Assembly: GCA_030390025.1 (NCBI GenBank)
Contig: CM059427.1
Location: forward strand, 158,782,001-158,846,000
Length of the DNA stretch: 64,000 nucleotides
Direction of reading: 5' to 3'
From: Squalus acanthias
Taxonomy: Eukaryota
Shown here: in pieces, positions 29,701 to 40,061 of the stretch
How the letters are laid out: the number at the start of each line of letters is the position of its first letter
Position numbering within the stretch: position 1 is the first letter of the stretch
Program-made: the position numbers and the translations under genes
Notes under the pieces: generated by a model
Told to the model about the DNA's origin: nothing
The model's database searches: none
What the model saw: only the letters and a program-made list of their open reading frames with translations

Positions 29701-32700
29701 TCTAAATTAGCTAATCCATTATTCTGTTGTCTTAGTCAAAAACATTGGAGCAGCCCAAACATCTTACTTTACAAGTGAGCTTGTCTATACAGTGAAGCTG
29801 CTGCATCACATTGTGAACCTATGACATTTTATCAGTAGTATTGTGTTTTTTACCTCTTTAGAGATCAGAAGGCATACGGTGTCCAGAATACATGGAGGAG
29901 TTTTTTGCCCTGGATGAGGTTGATGATCCAGATGCTATCCGGTCTCAGAAAATAAGATCTGTCCAAACAGACAAAATGGATGCTGACAACAGCAGAGATG
30001 AGCAAGATGCTGAAACACAAAGTTATGATCTAAGATACAATATGGATGAAAACACTGAAGTGGATATAAAAACAGGTGATGAAGTGAAGGAAAACAGTCC
30101 CACATGTGTAGAACCATCAAGTGAGCAGATCCAGGCGCTCTCACCTCTTCCAGATAAATACAAGCTTGGGCCATATAAACCCAACAATCCTGTAGGTAAG
30201 GTGTCAATACATTTCCTATAAGAGTTCTGTGGGGTTTAATTTTGATAGTCACTTGCATCACATTTCTACTTTTAGGACTGAGATGAGGAGAAGTTTCTTC
30301 ACTCAGGGTTGTGAATCTTTGGAATTCTCTACTCCAGAGGGCTGTGGATGCTCAGTCGTTGAGTTTATTCAAGGCTGAGATCGATAGATTTTTGGATTCT
30401 AAGGGAATCAAGGGATCTAAAGATCAGGCGGGAAAGTGGAGTTGAGGTCGAAGATCAGCCAGGATCTTAATGAATGGCGCAGCAGGCTCGAAGGAACGTA
30501 TGGCCTACTCCTGCTCCTATTTCTTATGTTCTTACTCTTTGCCAAATGACATTTTTTCTAGGTTTTTTAAAATTAGATTTAGTTTACGTAATCGTCCAAC
30601 ATTGATGCAATTGTCCTGGCTTAAACATGCACTCGCAAGGCAAAGCAATTGGGATTGCATGGTGACTTAAATGTGATGCCTCTATCTTATTTCAGCACCC
30701 TTCACATATTAATCTCTTTATTTTTTCTCTCCCTACCACTATTGATTCTTTGCTGGGTACCGTTCTACAGGTGCTAGCAGGCATTTGGTACCTCCCCTAA
30801 GAGTCAACTCTTCATGAGTGAGCCTATGCAATGACTATATGGAGGCTATCTGTCCATATGAGCATACTTTCTAGCAGGGTCATTGATAACCAATCAAGTG
30901 ATGACCCCTGACTGATTTTCCCTTCCCTACCCCTACCCTCCGGGGGCACTGAAGTCGGTTGTAACATCTCCTTTCCAATTCATCACTGATGGAGAATCAA
31001 ACCTGGGACCGTCTGCTTTGTATGGCAGAGATACAAGTTATTCACAAGATAGTTTCCAAATAAGATTGATTTGCTTTCAAATTCATTATTCAGGATTCTT
31101 ACCTCAGTAGAACCCAGTGTTTGTGTTTTGGATGACACAGGCACCCAGCAGGAACCAGACTATTTCCTGAGAGCAATATTACACAGTAGAAATCCTAGAT
31201 TTAAGAGCACTGTATAAAGCACAAATCACTTTGCTGCATTGTCGATGTTGATTTATGTATCTCTGATTTAGCTGTAGACCTACATATCTGGGTGCTCGGG
31301 GTACAGTTTAACAGCAATAGATTCTTCAGTGAACAGGTTAAGTAACAGCTGATCTAAGAAGCACTAGCATAATGTTAAGGCTATTCTGCAATGGATCCAA
31401 AAGGGTCAACGTGCCCCATCCAGGAACTGAAGCAAGGCTCGTTTCATGGGCATTCCAAGCTTTTAAGCATTTTCCTTTATAGTTCAAATGTTGTCAATCA
31501 TTGGACAACTAACGGAAGTGCTTGGAAAAAGCCCCATACCAATAGTAGTACATCATCTTTTGTAGTACAAGGCACCAAAGTGGGTACTGTTTGCAACATT
31601 TTGTAGACTACTGCACCACATTACCTTTGTAACAATAGCAACTTGCATTTTTCGTAGAAAATGTATGGTTCTTGTTGATTAAGCATATTATCCCCAATGA
31701 CTTACAGATATTCATAAATGCTTCATACATATTTGAACTACTCTGGAGATTTCTGTAAACTGACGTTGATCCTGTATAATATCTGAGCTACATTAGCTAC
31801 GAACTCTCCATCTTCCAGTACATATGCTGTACCAGTGTGGGTAGTATCTGCTGTGGTACAGGTCCAGGAATGGTGCCTTACATATTTGCACCAGAAGGAT
31901 CAGAAAGACTGATACACTATGCTCTCTTTCAGGGTTAGATTATGTGGTTCCAAAAACCGGCTACTACTGCAAACTCTGCTGTCTCTTCTACACAAACGAG
32001 GAGACAGCAAAGCAGACTCACTGTGGCACCGTTGATCATTATAAGAGACTTAAGGTAAGTCTGATGTTCAGGCAAGCAGATTTCTCTTTCCTTCTGTACA
32101 TATCCCTTTCTTTTTTTAAAAAAAGGTCTCTTGTTTTGAAGAAGTTGTAACTTTCAAAATAAGAAACACACACTGAAACCTTGAATATTTACCAGTTTCT
32201 GCTCTCAGTCATACAACTTCAGCTAGGGACTAAGAATAGGCAGTTTCAGAATGTGGAGTATTGCCATTTTCGGTCGTCCTGATGTTCTTGAAAGTTGGTT
32301 CCCTTGGGTAAGGCCTATGAGTGTATTGTAGGAAGGGGTGAGTCAAATAATGCATGTAATTCACATCAAAACTAAAATATCTTGGACCGTCTCTGTGATC
32401 CTATTACGTGGAAGATGACATAGTTTGAAGAATGAGAAAACCACTGCATCACTGATTCATTGTTGTTTTTGGCAGCACTACATTATTTGGTTAGATACAT
32501 TTTTAGAAGCTGCTTTGTCACCTGAATTATTACAACTCTACTCATCAAGAGTTAAACTGAGCAGCTTAATTGAGCAATTTTTATCCTATATTGATGTGAA
32601 AATATTTGTATTTATATGATGCCTCATCATGTCATTGAAACATCCCAAACTGCTATACACAATATGCCTGACTTTGTTTGAGCGGAACATGCCCCATTAG

Positions 32701-33772
32701 ATAGACTTACAATTGCATGTTTAGGTTTTTTTAAATTTTGCCCAAAAAGTTGCTGGAAGTGTGATCTGATAAAGGCGCGGCGAGGGCAGCAGGGCATCTG
32801 GGACCTGGGTGAACAATGGGGCAAACAGTGTATCTCCTTAACCAATGAGATTAAAGGATTGAGAAATAAAGAGAGGAAGGACTGAGAAGCAGGGTGAATT
32901 AGAGTGGGTGAATTCAATGTTACATCAGGTACATAAAGCATGTGAAAGAAAGATTGGATAGAGAGAGAAAAAAGAGACAGAAAGGAAAAGTAAGAAAAAA
33001 AAAGTTAAAATATAAAATTTGACATTTTTAGAATCTCCTAAAACAATTCACAACCTGAAGGAATGAAACTCCAGACTTATAATTGTTTACTTTCTGGGCA
33101 GTCGTTAATAATTATCATGTCATTAACAGGGGGGTACTTGCGCTGATAATTACTAGACTTAATTTTCTGTGGCGAGTTTAATGGGCAATTAATGTGCAAA
33201 TATAGCTTTATGAAAGTCATGGGGAGGTTAAGCGTGAGATGCCGTTTTCGCGAAGCTAACAGCGGAGTGGCACAAATCGGCCAGAAACTTGTGGCGATTT
33301 GCAATTCACAGGGTCTCTCATCCTTGCCACAAGTTGCTAGCCAATTTGTGCATTAATAATGGCGTGTGTCATTCAGACGGCATTATTTTTCAGCAAAATC
33401 TGGCCTACTGAATTGCTTTTGGAATGCAGTGATTGTTATGTAGGCAAATATGGCGCAGGCCTCAATGCTTTGTGCTGTAGGCCAGGATTCCAAATGGCTG
33501 TATAGATGCGAATAAAAGACATTTTTGTATATTTTGTTACTGTGAAACCCATCATGAATCCATGTAATAAAAACAGAATTTGACTTATACAATCACTGGC
33601 CCTGCTTATCATCGTAGTGTTAGACAGACGGTGACAACCAGGCAGGGTGAGGGTTTTCTGTAGCAATGACCCTGTTTAATGCAATTTTTCTGCTGTACTT
33701 TTAAAGAAAATACTGGCCAAGCAAGCTGTGGAGTACTGGAAAGAAAAGCAGCAGCAAATCGTTCTGGAGTGA
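5681..33772 (+). CDS. MATR3: Matrin-3-like RNA-binding protein, 3' part (10 coding exons; 5' exons not found in window)
   Basis: Exons 5681-5754, 8274-8411, 9261-9392, 14255-14395, 20272-20403, 20965-21017, 24516-24942, 29862-30195, 31933-32054, 33707-33772, all AG/GT bounded and phase-compatible. They encode two PTB-like RRMs, an RS motif, an acidic region and [40 protein letters not shown] (matrin ZnF). Orthology versus paralogy unresolved. Confidence 0.88.
5961..6998 (-). mobile_element. L2-clade LINE 3' fragment
   Basis: [19 protein letters not shown] and [14 protein letters not shown] motifs; (GTT)n tail. Confidence 0.9.
7930..8225. repeat. Degenerate ~34-bp minisatellite
   Basis: Recurring CATTG(C/T)A...CTGAGCAGT units, about 8 copies. 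Confidence 0.55.
8274..8411 (+). CDS. MATR3: Matrin-3-like exon, RRM1 first half
   Basis: [46 protein letters not shown]; AG/GTAAG. Confidence 0.92.
8570..9150 (-). mobile_element. Old, highly diverged CR1 3' fragment
   Basis: Remnant KVLYIGGKN...[12 protein letters not shown] peptides in ORF 8864-9151. Confidence 0.65.
9261..9392 (+). CDS. MATR3: Matrin-3-like exon, RRM1 second half
   Basis: [44 protein letters not shown]; AG/GT. Confidence 0.92.
9823..10098 (+). mobile_element. CR1 3' end fragment
   Basis: FFTQRVV..W.SLPE motif plus 3' UTR hairpin and tail. Confidence 0.8.
10234..12767 (+). mobile_element. Full-length decayed Tigger/pogo DNA transposon
   Basis: 22-bp TIRs CAGCTGAGTTTGCCTAATGTTA / TAACATTAGGCAGACTCAACTG (20/22 match), TA on both sides. 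Broken transposase ~10615-12598 with CENP-B-type HTH ([21 protein letters not shown]), DDE-region [11 protein letters not shown]...[10 protein letters not shown] and C-terminal KQSKITDF. Confidence 0.9.
11969..12418. mobile_element. PIF/Harbinger-type MITE nested in the Tigger element
   Basis: Imperfect TIRs GGGGGAAATTTTAA / TTAAAATTCCGGCC, 3-bp TSD TCT; removal restores the transposase frame [14 protein letters not shown]. Confidence 0.75.
14255..14395 (+). CDS. MATR3: Matrin-3-like exon, RRM2 first half
   Basis: [47 protein letters not shown]; AG/GT. Confidence 0.93.
14901..15185 (-). mobile_element. CR1-type LINE 3' fragment
   Basis: Same 3' sequence as copies at 3.7, 15.9 and 26.3 kb. 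Confidence 0.85.
15867..18690 (-). mobile_element. CR1-type LINE, long decayed copy (endonuclease + RT remnants)
   Basis: Frameshifted ORFs with [23 protein letters not shown]-like and PQGSVLGP motifs. Confidence 0.93.
18889..20034 (-). mobile_element. Possible solo LTR
   Basis: TG...CA ends with short imperfect inverted termini, minus-strand TATAAA (~19535) and AATAAA (~19242), imperfect flanks CTAA/CTTA, internal 17-bp duplication. Confidence 0.35.
20272..20403 (+). CDS. MATR3: Matrin-3-like exon, RRM2 second half
   Basis: [44 protein letters not shown]; CAG/GTAAGT. Confidence 0.93.
20965..21017 (+). CDS. MATR3: Matrin-3-like short exon ([18 protein letters not shown])
   Basis: Resembles MATR3 IPNRGIDLLKKDKSR; CAG/GTAAG; phase 0-2. 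Confidence 0.88.
21837..23616 (-). mobile_element. Non-autonomous PIF/Harbinger element with Myb/SANT-like gene remnant
   Basis: TIRs GGCCGGAATTTT / AAAATACAGCCC, TSD TAT; minus strand ~23110-23340 reads AVPRLS...RREVLFP...AW...[18 protein letters not shown] with frameshifts. Confidence 0.75.
23940..24258 (+). mobile_element. tRNA-derived V-SINE (HE1-type)
   Basis: A box TGGCATAGTGG, B box GGTTCGAATCC, V-domain TGTGTGGAGTTTGCACATTCTCCCCGTG...CTCCGGTTTCCTCCCACAGTCCAAAGA, CR1-like (TTCTGTGA)n tail, flanking AAAGC duplication. Confidence 0.9.
24516..24942 (+). CDS. MATR3: Matrin-3-like exon, RS/basic motif and acidic region
   Basis: [21 protein letters not shown]...LSEK within ORF 24475-25017; CAG/GTAGG. 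Confidence 0.87.
26300..28786 (-). mobile_element. CR1-type LINE, long decayed copy
   Basis: ORFs 26343-28971 with endonuclease ([14 protein letters not shown]) and RT (FADD) motifs, frameshifted. Confidence 0.93.
29862..30195 (+). CDS. MATR3: Matrin-3-like exon, acidic region to GPYKPNNPV
   Basis: [20 protein letters not shown]...[13 protein letters not shown]; TAG/GTAAG. Confidence 0.9.
30272..30535 (+). mobile_element. CR1 3' end fragment
   Basis: [12 protein letters not shown] motif, 3' UTR, (TTCTTATG)n tail. Confidence 0.8.
31933..32054 (+). CDS. MATR3: Matrin-3-like exon, C-terminal matrin-type zinc finger
   Basis: [40 protein letters not shown]; CAG/GTAAGT. Confidence 0.95.
32750..33405. 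mobile_element. Probable Harbinger-type MITE fragment
   Basis: Right end GCAAAATCTGGCC resembles the TIRs at 12418 and 23616; left end not identified. Confidence 0.4.
33707..33772 (+). CDS. MATR3: Matrin-3-like terminal coding exon ([21 protein letters not shown]-stop)
   Basis: AAG acceptor after pyrimidine tract, TGA at 33770-33772; resembles MATR3 C-terminal helix. Confidence 0.75.
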   Translation, partial: KILAKQAVEYWKEKQQQIVLE

Positions 33773-36700
33773 AAGAACAACAACCTAGCAACAATGAGAA
33801 GCATAATTCCAGTATTACCGAAGACATTGAACACAAACTGACAACCCAGATGGACGTGGTCTTTTTGTAATTTATAAACTGGAAACATTTACATAAGTAT
33901 CGTGCTCTAATGTTCAAAAACTTAGGGCTATAAGAAAGTTTGAGTTTTCAAACATTGATGATATGTCACAACTTTCATGTTCATTTTTCTTTTTGGTTTT
34001 GAAGCTTCATTAAGTGTAACTCCACTTGCAGCTGTGAAATCCAGGCCCCAATGCCTCAATCTGATCTTCCTTTAGTGATGATCTTGAACACACTATCATC
34101 TCTTACTGTGAGCTCAGTTCATTATCACTACCTATATTGATTTTTATTTTTCTGCCACACTAAAACAACAATGATGCCTTCAGTGCTAACGGTATGAAGC
34201 TTCAAAACTTTTTTAAAGGGTGGATTTGTTACACCTCTATAAAAATAGCCCAGTGCATCAAAACTTCTAACATGCAGTATTGGTCTCTGTTTAAACATCT
34301 GGAATTGGTTTGTGGAGAGATGAAGCTTTTAATCATTCATCACTGGTCATGTTTTGTTGAGCTAATATAAATGTTAACAATGTAACTGGTAGTGATGAAA
34401 AAAATAAAATACTCTTTAGAAAGAAATCCATTTTTGAGAAATAAAATGAGAATAAATGAAATGTTAAATGAGAATGAATCTCATCCATCATTGTTCCTTT
34501 GCTGGTTAAAATTGGAATATTGAGTTCTGTCACTTAACCGTAAAATCATAAATAGGGATTTTGTAATCTGGGCTTTGTGATATATTGGACCAACACTGAT
34601 AGCCATCCATCTCAACCCAAACCAAGCAATTTTTTGAGGGGTTTAACACAAATATACATTGGAAAAATACAACACGTATTCTATTTTCTTGTCTTAAAAT
34701 AGTCATTCATTCATTCATTCAATCTCCATCTACAAATAGGAATTATTGTCACCCTGCAGCATAAATCATCTGGGACTCAGTCCCTTTAAGAAATGTCACT
34801 GTCTGGATGATCTATATGTACAAAGTGCAACATACTTGAGGTTGTTCCCCGCCGCCCCCATGGATTAGCATTAATTCCTATTTTTCTGTGAAAGTTGAAT
34901 TTTTTTTTCAGAGAATGAGGAAGGTTATGTACTGTAAGTAATCTACCATTTTACTTTTGTAAGCATGCCGAAGTACCATGTTCAACTCTTGGTGTGATGT
35001 TAGGCAAACATACAGTCATAATTTATAACAGAAACTCTCAAAATCTGCAGTGACTATTGTTTTACAAATATCATACTCATTCGTATCAATTTTGTTTATA
35101 CCAGAACTTATTTAGTTTGTTTTACTGGGTACTGTCATATGCAGTTTTCATTAGGACCAAGTGATCAGTTAATCTAACGCCCAGTTGTTGCGGCACATAA
35201 CCATAATCGTAGAAGGTTTAGTCAGTGATTGAATGGTGGAAGTTTTTTAAGATCTCTGATGTATAAATTTTAAACTGTATATGAGTCGCTGCAGTTTCCG
35301 TTAACTTGTCTAATTCTAAAGTGACGTGGAAGCCTCGCCAAATCTGGATGAACCAACAATCTAAATCTGGAATGCAATAATTAAAAAAAAAAGTATATTT
35401 TGAAAGTCCCCAATACTGTGTTTACATTTGTAGACTGAAGTGCACCCTTTCAGGATACTATCCAGACTCTATGGTATGGACACTCCAGTTGGCTTCCCGA
35501 GATCTTTGTACTTTAGTTCAATCATACAGATTGCAGCAAAATATGCATGGTGAAATCAGGGCCTCTATACAACATGACTGCCGAAGGGAGCTTAGATATT
35601 AGGATTATACCTGCATGAAAACCCACAGGGACAGAAGTGGGATGGAAAGGTGAGGGTTGTTTTGCTAAGTTTATTCCACTGGAGTGTATACTGCATTCAT
35701 TTGAGTATGAACTTGCCAAATGGATGATTATGAGGCATGAACTGCAATGGTTGCTTCAGATGTCACATGTTATCCAAAGTCTTGTATAATTGCAACTGTT
35801 TTAGATATTTATGTTACTGATGCATCAATGGTGTCATGCATGGACTCAGAAAGGTCACTGTGTAAATTCTTGCATATATTGTGTTGTAAGGATATTCAGA
35901 ATATTTTTGGCACTAATAAAAAAAATGAAATTCCATGGGAACCAAAACAACTCAAAATAACAGTTTGACAGCATTGGACTAATAAACAAAAAGTATCAGA
36001 TATTTTCTTTTTATCAATTGCACATTTTCTAAATACTGTACTGTAGAGTATTTAGAAAATGTAGTAGCAAGTGAAAGCACAAATATTTTTTAAACATTTT
36101 ACTGTCGATACGTGGAACATACAACAGTGGCGTGCTGAAAGTCTAACACCTCACAGAATTGTTACAAAAGCTATGAGTATTGTGTTTTGCTGTTAAGGTG
36201 TCAAAGATCAGATTTGAGAACATTAAGAGGTTTCTGTCTCACTGTCCTGAATTTATATATAAAGTGACTAGTTATTTTCAGTTTGCCTCAGAGTCAAAAC
36301 CAGATCCTTGTCTTCATCTGCACTTGAACTCAAATACTTGCTTTTGCATTTCTAAGAGCAAGCATGTGTGTCTATTAGAACTAAGAGTGTACTTAGTAAA
36401 CTTCTGAGAGATGGTGTTGGTATTTAAAGTATTCAGACATACTAAATCATTGTCGATTAGAACTGTGATGTATTCTTGCTTCTTGTTTAAATCTGTGGTC
36501 TTTAGTACAGACATTGTTTTGTATTCAAACTGTTTAAACATATTTCCTTGATTTTGATCTGTAATGAACCAAATGCTGTACAAAGAAGCCTTGGTAGATC
36601 ACTTGCCTTCCAAACTGAGGGCCAGAATTGACTAGTGAGATTACCCTGCCCATCACTAGAATCTGTCTGGCCTAGTTAGGGAAGTGTTCCCAGTTCTTGG

Positions 36701-37085
36701 GCAGCATGTGAAAGCAGGTTGTACCCTCTTGGGAGTGATGTATGGCTCATCTAGCCTGATTAACATTTCTAAATAGAGAACAGCTGAACTCGGGATACTG
36801 CAGTAAGCAGAAATCCATCTTTGGAAAGTAAATTACTGATTTGAAAAATGGGGTAGTTAATGAAGTGGACCGGCTTCCTTTTATTTCATGTTTGATTGCA
36901 GTGTTGTTTAAAATTGTTTGCTTTTAAACCATTTCTTCAACCTTGATGTGTCCAGGATCCGTTGGAAAACACGCTTTAAATGATAAAATGTGAAATTGTT
37001 GGTTTATTTTGTTTGTTTAAAATTGTGCTGTTGAGAAGGTTGGCTGGAATGGAGAGCCTGTTATGCCTGAACACTACACAATAAA
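33773..37085 (+). other. Probable long 3' UTR of the Matrin-3-like gene; candidate polyA signals AATAAA at 35915, 35981 and 37080
   Basis: AT/U-rich, nearly repeat-free 3.3 kb after the stop codon. Confidence 0.5.
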
Positions 37086-37299
37086 AACTTTTATATTGTT
37101 ATTGGTGAAAGATGGTGTTACAAGAATCAACTCCTTAAATCTTTATTTGCCCAGCAGATGTAACAGAATGACAAAGCTTGAACTGCTGAGAAAGACAGTA
37201 GCAAGAATTTGGGAGGAGAGTTTGATTGATGGATAATGTAAAAAGAAAATCTCAAGGCCAAAAAAACCCACAGACCCATAGTCCATCCATCAGGTGCCA

Positions 37300-37620
37300 G
37301 CTTGGCTCTGTTTTCTCTCTGCTGAGTAGAAGTATGTGAATTCAAGTCTCACTGCAGAATTTGAGCATGTAATCTAGGCTAACATTTCAGTGTAGTACTA
37401 AGGGAGTGCTGCATTGTTGGAGTTGCCATCTTTCAGAGGAGACATTACACCGAGGCTCGTCCACCTATTCAGGTGGATTAATGGCATTATGCAAAAGAGC
37501 ACGGCGTTCTCCTGGAGTCCTGGCCATCATTCTCCCCTTAACCAACATTACCAAAAACAGATTATTTGGTTATTTAAGGGGTACCTGTGTCGGATGTCAG
37601 CCACAACCCCAGTCTGCCCA
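37300..37620 (+). mobile_element. Diverged Deu-domain SINE (SacSINE1-like)
   Basis: Aligns by eye to the younger copy at 39352-39760. Confidence 0.65.
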
Positions 37621-39140
37621 CTTTGAGTGGATGAAATACTTGGCTGGTAAATACTAGTACTGCAAATTAGAAATTACATAATTGTAGGATGCTAATTATA
37701 GAAAATTAAGGAGCAACAGAAGGGGATATATAAATATAAACCCATCCATCCATGTAAAGATTCAGGTATCAACTAGCTACTTGAGCTTTTTAAATAGTGT
37801 GGGATAGAGATTGCGCTTTGGGCGCGATCGACAATCTGGGTGCAAATTGCCCTGGTTTTCCAAAGTGAAGTTATGGTTCAAGTTTCTGCCCAAACTCATT
37901 TGCATAATCACAAACTTAAAATCTTCCATGAACCAGTGCAATTGGGCAGTGCAATACAATGCAATTGTTTTCCTTTCCTTGCATTAAAAAATATTCCTTG
38001 ATGTATTTAAGAGTGGTAACCGATGCAGTTTTATTAACACAGCTGAAAATGGGTTTATCACAACACATAACCATTTTTACTAAGTGTCTAGTCCACCAAC
38101 TGTGAGTAACCTGATTTTAAATCACAATGACTTTAAAAAACTATACTGAATCATTTACTAATGTCATTGGTGTACACTAACTAGTCAGTTTCTTAGCAAA
38201 TTAAATATTTTTTGATATGGGCCTACTAGAGCCTTTGCACCCAAAAAAAACTAGCTTAATTTGAAGATCCCAGGATAACATATAGGATTAGAGTCATAAC
38301 GGCACAGAAGGAGGCCATTCGGCCCATCGATTCCATGCCGGCTCTCTGCAGAGCAATCCAGTCACCCCCATTCCCCCGCTCTATCCCCATAGCCCTGTAA
38401 GTTTATTTCCCTCAAGTGCCTATCCAGTCTCCCCTTGAAAACATTGAATGTCTCCGCTTCCACCACGTCCGTCGGCAGCGAATTCCATGTCGTCATCACT
38501 CGCTGTGTAAAAAAGTTTTTCCTCACGTCCCCCCTGTATCTCTTGCCCAAAACCTTACATCTGTGTCCCCTAGTCCTTGTGCCATCATCTAGTGGGAGCA
38601 GCCTTTCCCCGTCTAGCCTATCCAAACCCGTCATAATCTTGTACACCTCTATCAAATCACCCCTCAACCTCCTTTGTTCTAATGAAAACAAATCCAGCTT
38701 CTCCAAGCTGTCCTTGTAGCTAAGATCCCCCATCCCGGGAACCATTCTGGTAAATCTCCTCTGCACCCTCTCAAGGGCCTTCACATCCTTCCTAAAGTGT
38801 GGTGACCAGAACTGGACGCAATACTCCAGTTGTGGCCTAACCAGCGCTTTATAAAGATTCCGCATAACTTCTCTACTTTTGTACTCAATACCTCTATTTA
38901 TGAAGCCCAAGATCCCATATGCTTTGTTAACCACTCTCAATATGTCCTGCCACCTTCAGGGACCTATGCACATTAACTCCCAAGTCCCTATGTCCCTGCA
39001 CACTCTTTAAAACTGTGCCATTAAGTGTATATTGCCTTTCCCTGTTCCTTCTGCCAAAATGCATCACCTCACAGTTCTCTATTAAATTCCATCTGCCCAT
39101 TCTGCTAGCCTTTCTATGTCCTGTTGCAGTCGATTGATAT

Positions 39141-39351
39141 AGATCATAGAGTTACACAGCACAGAAAGAGGCCCATCGTGTCCACGCCGGCCATCAAGCC
39201 CTTTCTATTCTAATCCCATTTTCCAGCACTTGGTCCGTAGCCTTGTATGCTATGGCGTTTCAAGTGCTCATCTAAATGCTTCTTGAATGTTGTGAGGGTT
39301 CCTGCCTCTACCACCCTTTCAGGCAGTGAGTTCCAGATTCCAACCACCCTC
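39141..39351 (-). mobile_element. CR1 family B 3' end (terminus of the composite insertion)
   Basis: Near-identical to ~40065-40281 (QRVVGIWNSLPERVVEAG...GKWD + 3' UTR). Confidence 0.88.
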
Positions 39352-39760
39352 TGGGAGTGCCGCACTGTCGGAGGGGCGGTACTGAGGGAGCGCCGCACTG
39401 TCTGAGGGGCGGTACTGAGGGAGCGCCGCACTGTCGGAGGGGCCGTCTTTCGGATGTGATGTTAAACCCGACGCCCCCATCTGCCCTCTCGGGTGGATGT
39501 AAAAGATCCCACGGCCACTATTGGAAGAAGAGCAGGGGGGGAGTTCTCCCCGGTGTCCTGGGCCCAATATTTATCCCTCAACCAACATCCCTAAAAACAT
39601 GATCTGGTCATTTATCACATTGCTGTTTGTGGGAGCTTGCTGTGCGCAAACTGGCTGCCGCGTTTCCCACATTACAACAGTGACCACACGTCAAAAGTAC
39701 TTCTTTGGCTGTGAAGCGCTTTGGGACGTCCTGAGGTGGTGAAAGGCACTGGAGAAATGT
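39352..39760 (+). mobile_element. Deu-domain SINE (SacSINE1-like) with a 33-bp tandem head repeat
   Basis: GCCGTCTTTCGGATG Deu core and L2-like tail; 2.7 copies of GGAGCGCCGCACTGTCGGAGGGGCGGTACTGAG. Confidence 0.8.
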
Positions 39761-39849
39761 GACGTTCTCTCTCATTGTGTCCCTTTCAAATTGAGGGCCC
39801 ACCCTGGGCTGCTTGGACTGGGAGACGCCATTGAGCGGCTGGATTGGCG

Positions 39850-39916
39850 ATGCCCCTCCCCCTGGCACTACAAGCCCGCCTGGCCAAGCGAGGGATTCTC
39901 AAGCACGTGGAGCCAG
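39850..39916 (+). pseudogene. PQBP1: Orphan first coding exon of polyglutamine-binding protein 1
   Basis: MPLPLALQARLAKRGILKHVEP followed by G|GTAAAC donor, matching the PQBP1 N-terminus; no further PQBP1 exons recognised in the next 24 kb; lies inside a TSD-bounded insertion. Confidence 0.85.
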
Positions 39917-40061
39917 GTAAACGACATCGCCGCAACCCCCCCCCCCCTTGCCCGGCCTCCTCCCGGTTAAAACCAAGCCCCCGGGCTGCCGGCGATGATC
40001 TCAGGGGGCGCTTTGGTTCCCCATCGCTTTCCCTCGTTTATGTGAGGTGGGGGGGAACTCG

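Noticed and set aside
5755-33706. Intronic snoRNAs in the Matrin-3-like gene
   Set aside because: No convincing C/D or H/ACA box-plus-stem arrangement recognised by eye; an Rfam scan would be needed
37898-37905. Octamer ATTTGCAT as an Ig promoter/enhancer
   Set aside because: Single site in probable repeat-derived DNA ~26 kb from the leader exon; expected by chance
39354-39443. 33-bp repeats superficially like a CRISPR array
   Set aside because: Head-to-tail with no unique spacers, part of a SINE, eukaryotic context
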